From the IMG/VR virus record IMGVR_UViG_3300035676_000010, positions 1-51,181 of that record: 51,181 nucleotides of DNA; one strand, 5' to 3'. The stretch comes from a virus (lineage: Duplodnaviria > Caudoviricetes). Below, in pieces: positions 19,225 through 27,360 of the stretch. A program made the translations under genes and the position numbers. The notes beneath the pieces are model-generated. The model was not told the DNA's origin. It made no database searches and was given only the letters and a program-made list of their open reading frames with translations. Position 1 is the first letter of the stretch, and the number at the start of each line of letters is the position of its first letter.

Positions 19225-19472
19225 CAACCCTCCCGCTGAATTCTGTCGATGGTCTTGCGGATGAACTTGCGGGCGTCCTTCAGATCAGCGATCTCAACCT
19301 TGAGTTCCCTGATATATTCTGCTCTGTCGTTTAGCAGTTCTATACGAACTTCATCCAGCGTCTTAGTGCCATTTCGCATATGACGCAGATTATCTAAGCA
19401 TCGTTGACATAGTTGCCCGTAGGGATCTTCCGTATTTCCAACGGGCCGAAGGCAATCCATGCATGCGTTCAT
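19224..19472 (-). CDS. Small Zn-finger/coiled-coil protein
   Basis: CMDC...CQRC followed by a coiled coil; AGGA RBS. Confidence 0.55.
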   Translation of the reverse strand: MNACMDCLRPVGNTEDPYGQLCQRCLDNLRHMRNGTKTLDEVRIELLNDRAEYIRELKVEIADLKDARKFIRKTIDRIQREG

Positions 19473-19487
19473 CTGTCCTTCCTTGAG

Positions 19488-19820
19488 TCAAGCCTCAGTC
19501 TCGGGCTTGCCGAAAATCATGTCCATCAATTCAGCAGGCGGCTTGTCCAATGGCATTGCGATGAAGCCGTCGCGGTCGATCTGATGCTGGGCCACAACGC
19601 CCAGCAATCCTTCGGTTGCGGTGACGATGAGTTGCGTAGGCGTGAACTTACCCAGCGCATCGAGCGAACCGGCGAAGTCTTTCTCATACATAGGATTGCG
19701 CTCCATGCTGTGATAGCGCGTTCCCAGCGCGTAGAGCGCCAGCAGTACGACGATGTGCGGATGCTTCAGCCTCAGTGCATCGTTCATTAGCTCGATCATG
19801 GTCAGGGGATCTTCATTCAT
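19488..19820 (-). CDS. Hypothetical protein
   Basis: Start ATG 19820 with GAGGAGG RBS, overlapping the polymerase stop; 110 aa. Confidence 0.6.
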   Translation of the reverse strand: MNEDPLTMIELMNDALRLKHPHIVVLLALYALGTRYHSMERNPMYEKDFAGSLDALGKFTPTQLIVTATEGLLGVVAQHQIDRDGFIAMPLDKPPAELMDMIFGKPETEA

Positions 19821-22548
19821 CACTATCCTCCTCGTCATCATCTTCCCGGTAGTCGATGATCTTATCTTCCTTCGGGAATGCGAAATTGGGTCCCGTCTTG
19901 ATGTCCATTGGGAATACGGGACGCATGTACTTAGCACCCGGCAGATCGCGGAACATGGTCATCTCTGCCTCTGCGGCTTGGCGGAGGAAGGATGCTGTTT
20001 CAGTAGCGAGGTCATATCGCGTACTCAACGCGGCGCTGTCGTAGGTACCGATGACGAATCTGCCGGTACCAGAGCGCAACTCCGTACTCCACGGTACACA
20101 GAGGCGGTCCACCAGCGTGTACCAGATCCACGCGCCATGCGATTGCGGACGCATTGCAAAGGCGTGTTTCAGCACGCGATTCTGCACGCCAGGAAAGTAC
20201 CGCACGCGCTGTTGCTTGGTAATGACGACGCGTGTCGGTGGCTTGGTCCAGATACGACGGCCTTTGCGGGGGTCCAGCCGGGACTCGCCGAACACTTCCG
20301 TAGCAATGGATTGCTGCCATATGTAGACTTCTGGCAGCAGTTCACGTAACGCTTTACGGATTTCCTTGCCTTGCGCTAGTGGTATGTGTAGCAGCTTACA
20401 CATGCGCCTAAGCCCCATGCCATACCGATCACCATGAGCAGCACGCTTGGCGAGATCACGGAGGGGCCAAACGCGCGACCCAAACGTGAGTGTCTTAATG
20501 CGCGCCTCATCCGGCTTGCAACCGAAGATGAGCGCCGCGACTTCCGAGTGGACATCCTTGCCCTCTTCATACCACTCGCACAACTTGCGACATCCGCTGT
20601 CAAGTGCGACGAGACGGCCTTCCAAGTCCTTGTAGTCGCCAGCGACAAACACGTGGTCAATGTCGTCGGGGACGAACATGGAGCGGATTTCTTCTGGCAG
20701 GTTGAATGCGTTGAACGCCAACGATTGACTGCCAGCCTTGTCATCAGCGGCGGACTTGTCTCTACCGCTGGACGGGCGGCCCGTTGCAGCACCGTGAATG
20801 TTCACACGTGGATGGGAGAAGCCCTGCTCGTCAACGGGAATGTCGAGGAACGTGGACTTCATCTTCTTGGCGTGCTTGGCTGCCCACACATGCTGGATGA
20901 CGGGATCGTCTTTGAATGGTTCTAGATCATCGACACCGACGCCCATCTTGCCCGTGTCTGTCGTCCGCTTCGTTTTGACGTCCAGTACGTCTCGCAGATA
21001 CCAGCGCACGTCTTCATCGTTGCCGATGCGGAAGCCTGTCTCGACAATGGATATCGAGAGTTTCTTCACCTTGCCCTTGTGGGCGCGGAGAGTCTTGGCA
21101 TGAGCAAGTGCAGGGGCTACGAAGTCGTTGTATGCAGCAAGGCAGTAAGGACACTTCTTTGGCTTGGTCTTGAAGGTGATAGCGCAATCGCAGGTCTTCA
21201 GCGAACGGGCTTCTTCGCGCGCATCGTTCAGCAACTCGTCGATGCGGGCTTGCGTGACCGCGACGTCAGAGTTCGTTTCTGCCAAGCGCAGGTCCAGTTG
21301 CGACTTGAGTTCGCGGTTCACGGATTCCTGCGCGTCGTAGATCGTGACGTCGAACTTGCGGTGTAGGTGATCGCGCTCCACTCTATCAACGCGGATGCCG
21401 TGGTCTTCAATGTCCATCATGCGAGGAAGCGCAACCAGCGCGTCCTTATATGGTAAGAGGAAGTTGTGTGGCAGCACGTCTCGCATGCCGAGGAGGTTCT
21501 TATACGCGCGGGTCATGTAGTAGACGTCCAGCCTGTTGTACTCCGTGACCATTGCCGGGTGCTCGCCCATCCATTTCCACTCGCTGATGCCATCAAGTGC
21601 GTAGCGTGCAGTGAACGATAGCGTATGGTCAAGGTCAGGTTCGATCACGCTATGGAGTAGCATGGTATCACCTACGTTGGTGAGCGCCTGTTTGTAGTAG
21701 TCGCGATTTACCAGTTGCTTGATGCAACGCAACTCAGCAGTTACGTTGTGGCCGATCAGGCGCTTGCCGCCAGCAATCAGCTTCTCTAGCAGTCTGCTCA
21801 TCTCTTTCATCGACGAGAGTTGCGCTACGCCACCGGAACCGTCACCAATGCCTAGCAGATAGGGCACGTGGGTGTACATGTCGAACTCAAAGTCGATATA
21901 GAACTCGGGCGCGTTGTAGTTCAAGCCGTCAATGTCTATCCGCAGCGGCGCTTCGACCATCCTCGACTTCCACAGCGCAGGGAGCGTCTTAGCGTACTTG
22001 ACGGCGCGTTCGACGAACTTCAGGAACGTTGGACGCCAGATGCGGCGGGGATCGCGGGACGGGAGCATGCCAGCAGGATGCATGACGGGAATCAACAGGG
22101 AGCCGGATGCAACCGGCAACCCGTCTGTTGCCATGTCACGCGCCATGATTTCATCTACGTAGATCGTTGAGCCATGCCACTTCTTGATGATGAGATTCTT
22201 CTGCGTGATGAGGCCCACTTTGGTATTCAGGAATCGGCGCAGTGCCCACGTGCCAGCCAGCACGTAGACGCGTGGCTCGCCGTAGATCGGCGCATCCCGC
22301 AAGTGATCGCGATGCGCGTCGAGAAGTTCGTATCCCTTCTTGCCAACGGGAAACGGTAGCGCCATCTCAGGTACGACGTTATCGAAGTAGGCGGAGTCGG
22401 GGTCCATCCCGAAACGGGAAAGGGCCATCCGAGCTTCCTGCCCGGATGGCCCAATCCACGGTTTGCCTAAGCGAACTTCTTCGGGACCCGGCGACTCACC
22501 AATCCACACAATCCTTGCGTTTGCTGGACCGTGGCCGGGAACTTTCAT
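19813..22548 (-). CDS. polA: Family A DNA polymerase with N-terminal family-4-like uracil-DNA glycosylase domain and 3'-5' exonuclease
   Basis: UDG: IVWIGESPGPEE..GKPWIGPSG, DNVV, VMHPAG. Exo: IDFEFD, GHNV, DTML, YNRLDV. Pol: ATGRPSS, motif A AGDYKDLEGR, motif B RDLAKRAAHGDRYGMG, motif C-like GTYDSA. Confidence 0.93.
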   Translation of the reverse strand: MKVPGHGPANARIVWIGESPGPEEVRLGKPWIGPSGQEARMALSRFGMDPDSAYFDNVVPEMALPFPVGKKGYELLDAHRDHLRDAPIYGEPRVYVLAGTWALRRFLNTKVGLITQKNLIIKKWHGSTIYVDEIMARDMATDGLPVASGSLLIPVMHPAGMLPSRDPRRIWRPTFLKFVERAVKYAKTLPALWKSRMVEAPLRIDIDGLNYNAPEFYIDFEFDMYTHVPYLLGIGDGSGGVAQLSSMKEMSRLLEKLIAGGKRLIGHNVTAELRCIKQLVNRDYYKQALTNVGDTMLLHSVIEPDLDHTLSFTARYALDGISEWKWMGEHPAMVTEYNRLDVYYMTRAYKNLLGMRDVLPHNFLLPYKDALVALPRMMDIEDHGIRVDRVERDHLHRKFDVTIYDAQESVNRELKSQLDLRLAETNSDVAVTQARIDELLNDAREEARSLKTCDCAITFKTKPKKCPYCLAAYNDFVAPALAHAKTLRAHKGKVKKLSISIVETGFRIGNDEDVRWYLRDVLDVKTKRTTDTGKMGVGVDDLEPFKDDPVIQHVWAAKHAKKMKSTFLDIPVDEQGFSHPRVNIHGAATGRPSSGRDKSAADDKAGSQSLAFNAFNLPEEIRSMFVPDDIDHVFVAGDYKDLEGRLVALDSGCRKLCEWYEEGKDVHSEVAALIFGCKPDEARIKTLTFGSRVWPLRDLAKRAAHGDRYGMGLRRMCKLLHIPLAQGKEIRKALRELLPEVYIWQQSIATEVFGESRLDPRKGRRIWTKPPTRVVITKQQRVRYFPGVQNRVLKHAFAMRPQSHGAWIWYTLVDRLCVPWSTELRSGTGRFVIGTYDSAALSTRYDLATETASFLRQAAEAEMTMFRDLPGAKYMRPVFPMDIKTGPNFAFPKEDKIIDYREDDDEEDSDE

Positions 22549-22838
22549 CAGCTCAGCTCGTTAAGCAGACGCTGGAACGCAATGCGCATCAGCGTCGGAT
22601 GAGAAACGCCGTTGAACTCAGCGACCTTGACGAGCATGTCGTACTGCTTCTCCGTCAGGCCAACGTGAACAACCTTGGTGTAGAGCTTGGTGCGGTCAGG
22701 GAAGCGCTTCCGCTTCGGCGGCGCAGCAAGCGGTGTGGAAGCGGTAACGTTAGGCATTCCCTTGTTGTCAAGTGCTGGGGTGTTGAACGGGCTTTCCAGC
22801 TTGAAGTCTTCGCGGAGCTTCATCTCTCTATCCTCCAT
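22548..22838 (-). CDS. Ribbon-helix-helix (CopG/Arc-like) DNA-binding protein
   Basis: C-terminal KVVHVGLTEKQYDMLVKVAEFNGVSHPTLMRIAFQRLL fits the RHH pattern; start at 22838 or 22823. Confidence 0.7.
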   Translation of the reverse strand: MEDREMKLREDFKLESPFNTPALDNKGMPNVTASTPLAAPPKRKRFPDRTKLYTKVVHVGLTEKQYDMLVKVAEFNGVSHPTLMRIAFQRLLNELS

Positions 22839-23791
22839 CAAAGCTCGACGGGTTGTGGCAGCGATACGCACGTTTCGTTGATGTCACAGTAGTTCGTACA
22901 CATCGACTTGCCATACTTGTCCTTGAACATTTCCTTACCGATCATTGGCAGACCGGCAAGGATATCGGCAGGAAGGATGCCTCTGTGCCAATCATCCAAT
23001 ACCTGCTTGTAGAAGCGGAAGTTCTCGCCGATGGTAATGGGCTCACCAGTCTGTCCCCCGTTCGGACGAAGGCGGAATATCTCAGCCAGCGTAACGAATG
23101 GAACAGCTTGGTATACTGGCAGCGCATTCCACGTGAACTGCGCCGTCTTGGCAGCGCGGACACGATGACCGTTCTGTTCAGCCAGTAGCGCGTTGATGTT
23201 GAGTTGCGCAATGTCTTCTGGTGAAGGATCGGTCATCCGCGACTTCCACGACGATCGGAACTTCCAGTCGTAGATTGAGATGGTACCGTCAGCGTGGGGT
23301 TCGATGGCATCAACACGCCCGCTGATGGGCACGCCGTCGATGGCTCCACGGAATGTACACTTGACAGTATTGCAGTCAACATAGTGCCAGCGTCCATCAA
23401 CGATGGCGGCGAAATGGGATGTCAGGTCGTTGTCCGTTGCGTTTATTGCTACGGGAAACGGTGACTGACAGGTGCAGCGCTCGCTGATCCAGCGGTCGGA
23501 GTCGAACGCAGCCATGTGTTCATGCAGCAGCGTGCCGAACAGCGTCGGCATGCGATCTATCGGATCGCAACTCACGTCGAAGAACCAAGGGATCACAGTC
23601 CGCCTTGGACATGACAGGAGTTGCGTTGTCGTCAACTGCGGCGTCGCATGGCGAGTGTCAGATTGGAGCGCATCGACGAGCAAGTTGACATACGGAAGTG
23701 GAATGGTATCGCAACTATGGAAGTGAGATAGCGCTTCCGCTAGCGGAACCTCCACATAACATTGAGGACATCGAATCGCTCTGACTGGCAT
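22838..23791 (-). CDS. Cas4-like PD-(D/E)xK exonuclease
   Basis: LSCPRR, GTLLHE, ISGRVDAI, IYDWK, QLNINALL and C-terminal CTNYCDINETC: the 1+3 Cys Fe-S pattern of Cas4/AddB nucleases. Confidence 0.85.
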   Translation of the reverse strand: MPVRAIRCPQCYVEVPLAEALSHFHSCDTIPLPYVNLLVDALQSDTRHATPQLTTTQLLSCPRRTVIPWFFDVSCDPIDRMPTLFGTLLHEHMAAFDSDRWISERCTCQSPFPVAINATDNDLTSHFAAIVDGRWHYVDCNTVKCTFRGAIDGVPISGRVDAIEPHADGTISIYDWKFRSSWKSRMTDPSPEDIAQLNINALLAEQNGHRVRAAKTAQFTWNALPVYQAVPFVTLAEIFRLRPNGGQTGEPITIGENFRFYKQVLDDWHRGILPADILAGLPMIGKEMFKDKYGKSMCTNYCDINETCVSLPQPVEL

Positions 23792-23806
23792 CTCTCGTCC
23801 TCCTTG

Positions 23807-24085
23807 TCACGGCTGGATGAGGGGCTTGGCCGGTTCTGACATGAGTTCGGTTTTTTCAGTCGAGATGATGATCTCGCCGATTGCCTTGTGAAACATCGGG
23901 GCTAGCTCTGTTCCAACGGCGATGGCGACGAGTCCTGTCATCTCGCCGGTGTCGTCGTTGTTCCACGACACGGCTGCGATGGGCGACTGCTTATCGAACA
24001 TCACATCAAGACAGCGTTCAAACCAGAGCCGCAACATCTGCTTCTCACTCTCAAAAGAGTGAGTGACGAGCGGAACATCTGCCAT
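23807..24085 (-). CDS. Hypothetical protein
   Basis: AAGGAG RBS; 92 aa. Confidence 0.6.
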   Translation of the reverse strand: MADVPLVTHSFESEKQMLRLWFERCLDVMFDKQSPIAAVSWNNDDTGEMTGLVAIAVGTELAPMFHKAIGEIIISTEKTELMSEPAKPLIQP

Positions 24086-24097
24086 GCAAACTCCTTT

Positions 24098-24187
24098 CAA
24101 AAGGGGGCTGGGGATAGCCGGTCAGCAGGGGGGAGAAGGGGGTGCGACCCTTGACTTTTGCCAAGCAATGCTACCCCCAGCCCTTTG
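24098..24187 (-). other. Structured intergenic RNA element / attenuator-like stem
   Basis: Minus strand GGGCTGGGGGTAGC pairs with GCTATCCCCAGCCC, enclosing a CTTGGC-AAAA-GTCAAG hairpin; followed by CCTTTT and the next RBS. Confidence 0.45.
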
Positions 24188-24192
24188 TTACG

Positions 24193-24342
24193 TTAATCCG
24201 CGTCAGTCGGCTCGACGGCGAAGGTAACACCTGCGGTGAGCTTGTCCGCAACGTACTTCTGCTCCGCGAAGTTGAGCTTCGCAGCGAGCTTCAGGATGCG
24301 GATGACGAGGCCAAACTCCTTACGGCTAGGAACATTACCCAT
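24193..24342 (-). CDS. Small protein (49 aa, absent from ORF track)
   Basis: MGNVPSRKEFGLVIRILKLAAKLNFAEQKYVADKLTAGVTFAVEPTDAD with a TAAGGAG RBS. Confidence 0.6.
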   Translation of the reverse strand: MGNVPSRKEFGLVIRILKLAAKLNFAEQKYVADKLTAGVTFAVEPTDAD

Positions 24343-24353
24343 GACGCTACTCC

Positions 24354-25010
24354 TTACAGGACAGCGGGAGCCGACGACGGACCCGCAGTACGGTTGGGAC
24401 TGGTGCCACTATTGACACCAGCCTGAAGATTCTGGCGGGGAAGAACCTTCTTCTTCCACGCTTCATAGCCGTTCTTGCCTTCCCACGCATGCCAGCCATC
24501 GAGCGTGTTGCGATCACGAAGCTGGCTAGCGTCCACGGATGGCTCAACGTTGTCGTCTTCGGCGCGCTTGGAGATGGACTTCCACTGCTTCTCCACGCTA
24601 TCGACGGCGACGTCAGCGATGAACTTCGCTCCGACCCACTTGTTCTCAACATCGTAGCAAGCGACGGCAGCAGCACCCAGCGACTCGTAGGAGGAGGGTT
24701 CCACTTCGTTCAGCTTCGCTCCGATGACCTTGATGAGCGTAGCGGTCTGGTTGTAGTACTTGGGCTTGTTCTGCACGTGGTCGGGGTCGAAGAGGTTGGC
24801 GAGATACTTGTCCACGAACACCACCCGTCCGGCGTACGGCCCGTCGAGAATGCGGAGCTGCAACCGCGCACGAATGGAAGTGCGCTCCGGGTTCTTGTTG
24901 CAGGAACCCTCAGCCGCTTCGATCTGTACGGGGTACTGGCCCGCAGGAGTGACGGGCTGCATGCCGTGATCTTCCGGTGCATCGAGGAACTTGTCCAGGT
25001 AGTCGCTCAC
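24354..25010 (-). CDS. DUF669-like single-stranded DNA-binding protein
   Basis: QPVTPAGQYPVQIEAAE...LQLRILDGPYAGRVVF pattern; directly downstream of the AAA_24 gene; GTG start at 25010. Confidence 0.7.
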   Translation of the reverse strand: MSDYLDKFLDAPEDHGMQPVTPAGQYPVQIEAAEGSCNKNPERTSIRARLQLRILDGPYAGRVVFVDKYLANLFDPDHVQNKPKYYNQTATLIKVIGAKLNEVEPSSYESLGAAAVACYDVENKWVGAKFIADVAVDSVEKQWKSISKRAEDDNVEPSVDASQLRDRNTLDGWHAWEGKNGYEAWKKKVLPRQNLQAGVNSGTSPNRTAGPSSAPAVL

Positions 25011-25783
25011 TGTTTCTCTCCTCTGTAGTAGGTGTTGAGTCGTTCCCATACGCGCACGAAACTATCTCGCTGAAGGGTAGCGCGTGCAGGTAGGATGTCT
25101 GTGCCCGGTCCCTTCAGTCCCGGTCCTGCGGTGGTCATGATCCACTGCGCTTTGGATTCCTCGACAATGGACTCCAGTCGGAACACGCAGCTAAAGTAGA
25201 ACGGCAAGCGTGGCGGTGCCTGAGTTCCACGGATCGGAATCTCAAACATCGTATCGCCTGTCCGTGTGACGGTGCGGAACTCGCCAGCGGTCACGATCAC
25301 ACCGACTGGCGAAGGATTCTTACTGGACGCAATATCCCGCACCCGCGCAAAGAGCGAGATGAGATCGAGCCCGTAGGCGTCCCATCTCGCGTATGATCCG
25401 TCGCCAGACTTGCTGGGAAACTTGACTCGCATGTCCGTGTCAAGCAGTGATTCGTACTCCAACAGGCTGTCGATGGCAACGATGTCGAGGTCAGACCAAT
25501 CAGGACGGAAGGACTTGACGTAGCGGCGACGGTCGTCAGGACACATCATCAAGTCGATGAATTCTAGTACTTCGGCGCGGGTAGTGACGGGCTGAATCAG
25601 CGGGCGGTACTTCTGAATGGCTTCGGTACGGCCTTCGATATCGAGTACTGCAACCTTGTAGCCCGCTTCTGCCAGCACGCCAACGCTGTGTGTTTTGCCG
25701 GAGCCGGATTCGCCTCGGATGCAAAGTGACGGCGCAGTCGAGAGTTTCGATGGGTCTGGTACGATGGCAGGTCGTAGTGTCAT
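25007..25783 (-). CDS. AAA_24 / Sak4-like recombination ATPase
   Basis: IRGESGSGKTHS (Walker A), VLDIEG, IVAIDSL (Walker B). Confidence 0.85.
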   Translation of the reverse strand: MTLRPAIVPDPSKLSTAPSLCIRGESGSGKTHSVGVLAEAGYKVAVLDIEGRTEAIQKYRPLIQPVTTRAEVLEFIDLMMCPDDRRRYVKSFRPDWSDLDIVAIDSLLEYESLLDTDMRVKFPSKSGDGSYARWDAYGLDLISLFARVRDIASSKNPSPVGVIVTAGEFRTVTRTGDTMFEIPIRGTQAPPRLPFYFSCVFRLESIVEESKAQWIMTTAGPGLKGPGTDILPARATLQRDSFVRVWERLNTYYRGEKQ

Positions 25784-26139
25784 AGGGTATTCTCGCGGTC
25801 AATGATGTATTGTTTGGCAAGGTTCACGTCATCAGTAATGATGTACTTGGCTCCTTTCGACTCCAAGAGCCACTCGTCGTTGTCGTCTTCCAACAGGTAG
25901 TAGAAGTCGCCGTTGTCGTCGTCGAAGAGTTCGTGTTCGATGCGGGACCTGATAGTGTCGGCGTTGAATGACACGTTGAATTCTGGCGCTGCTCCGTGTT
26001 TCGTGACATCAGTGATGCGACCGTGCTCGATTTTCAGCGTGGCTGCGGCGCGGATCTTGTTCGTATGGTAGGTATGTGTACCCACGACGATGACGTAGTT
26101 GCCAAGAAAGTCATCAGGACTTACGAGGTCGCGGATCAT
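25780..26139 (-). CDS. Hypothetical protein
   Basis: ATG 26139 with GGAGG RBS; acidic C-terminal half. Confidence 0.55.
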   Translation of the reverse strand: MIRDLVSPDDFLGNYVIVVGTHTYHTNKIRAAATLKIEHGRITDVTKHGAAPEFNVSFNADTIRSRIEHELFDDDNGDFYYLLEDDNDEWLLESKGAKYIITDDVNLAKQYIIDRENTL

Positions 26140-26362
26140 CAGTATCCTCCATTGGAGACATTGGAGATGCGCTGAAGCCAACGTCAGCACCGTAATTGAC
26201 ATGCATGCCGATGGCGTCGCGCTGCGTTGAGATGATGATCCGTGCTACGAGCGTGCGGCCTTGGTCCTCTTCACCACGCCGCACGTCGATGATGACTTCG
26301 CTCGGGTCCGTTCTCGTTCTCACGCCACCGCCGTCCCCTTGGACGATGGTGTACAACTTCAT
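26114..26362 (-). CDS. Hypothetical protein
   Basis: MKLYTIVQG start coupled to the upstream stop; GAGGAG RBS. Confidence 0.5.
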   Translation of the reverse strand: MKLYTIVQGDGGGVRTRTDPSEVIIDVRRGEEDQGRTLVARIIISTQRDAIGMHVNYGADVGFSASPMSPMEDTDDPRPRKS

Positions 26363-26781
26363 CAACCGTCTCCTCTCTCGTCGTCTGACGACGCTTCTAT
26401 CAGGTGATGATTGTCCTCGATAAGACCGATGGCGTTGACGGCTACGAGTATATCCAGTAGCTCGCTGCCGTCGGAACGACTCCACATCAGCAGCTTCTGA
26501 ACCGTCTCATAGACCTTGTTCGCGTTGCAATACCAGTAGGCAATGCCAGGTTTCTTCTCATGCCAGTATCCGGCGTTGATGCGCTGGCATTCTTTTGCTG
26601 CCCAAGTGGGTATGCCTCGGATCGCCAGACCTACGCGCCCTTTGCGTAAAGCGACGAATCCACGCGAGTCCCACAGGCCAGCGAACCACGCGTCGTCAGC
26701 ATGCTGGAAGAAGGATGCTGCACGCAACCCGTCGCGCGGTGCGAACTTGTTGTGGCGGGTGAAGGACATATGACCTCCCAT
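26362..26781 (-). CDS. Protein with degenerate single LAGLIDADG-like motif
   Basis: AWFAGLWDSRG resembles AYLAGLFDGEG, but the catalytic acidic residue is replaced by Arg. Confidence 0.45.
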   Translation of the reverse strand: MGGHMSFTRHNKFAPRDGLRAASFFQHADDAWFAGLWDSRGFVALRKGRVGLAIRGIPTWAAKECQRINAGYWHEKKPGIAYWYCNANKVYETVQKLLMWSRSDGSELLDILVAVNAIGLIEDNHHLIEASSDDERGDG

Positions 26782-26857
26782 TATAGGGCAGCAGCGACAG
26801 CGAATGTAGCGTATTAATGTGCTGTAAGTAGAAGTAATGCGCTAGGACTCTCAGAGC

Positions 26858-27097
26858 CTACTGGATCTGCTTGGAGCAAGCGCCGCAGAAATCGTTATCG
26901 AGTTCACCTCGGTCAGATGCGAACACGGGGTTAGGTCCGTAACCAGTACAGTTAGCCGCGCAGATACCGTTCTTATCACGTTCAGCACAGACACACATCT
27001 TTCTTTCTAGAAGACGTTGCATCTTGCGTGTACAGGCAATGCAATAGAATGAACCATTGTATGTGTATGCAATGATATCCCACGCTTTAAAACTCAC
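26858..27097 (-). CDS. Small Cys-rich protein
   Basis: GTG start after GGAGG; YCIAC, CVC, C...C, CGAC. Confidence 0.55.
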   Translation of the reverse strand: MSFKAWDIIAYTYNGSFYCIACTRKMQRLLERKMCVCAERDKNGICAANCTGYGPNPVFASDRGELDNDFCGACSKQIQ

Positions 27098-27136
27098 AGA
27101 GCCTCCAACCTTAGCAGCGCATGTAGCGCCAAAATA

Positions 27137-27170
27137 AGGAACGCGCGGCCCGTTAAGACCGCGCGTTCCT
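27137..27170 (-). terminator. Rho-independent terminator/hairpin
   Basis: Perfect 12-bp stem AGGAACGCGCGG/CCGCGCGTTCCT followed by TATTTT on the minus strand. Confidence 0.7.
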
Positions 27171-27357
27171 ATTTGGATACGTGCATGAGCGACATCGCGC
27201 GCTCGTGCGCCTCTTCCTCGCTGGTGGCGAATCCAATCCGTGAGGTGTACAGACGCTTGTTCACAACGACGAATAGCCATTGTGAATTAGATGCGACTTG
27301 GACAATCACCGCAACGTGCGATGTTGTCTCCGCCACATGCGCTGTACTAACAGGCAT
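27169..27357 (-). CDS. Hypothetical protein
   Basis: 62 aa; GGAG RBS just after the GATase gene. Confidence 0.5.
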   Translation of the reverse strand: MPVSTAHVAETTSHVAVIVQVASNSQWLFVVVNKRLYTSRIGFATSEEEAHERAMSLMHVSK

Positions 27358-27360
27358 GTG

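Noticed and set aside
22838-23791. CRISPR-Cas system suggested by the Cas4-like gene
   Set aside because: No repeat-spacer array or other cas genes; solo Cas4-like nucleases beside Sak4/SSB are ordinary phage recombination genes.
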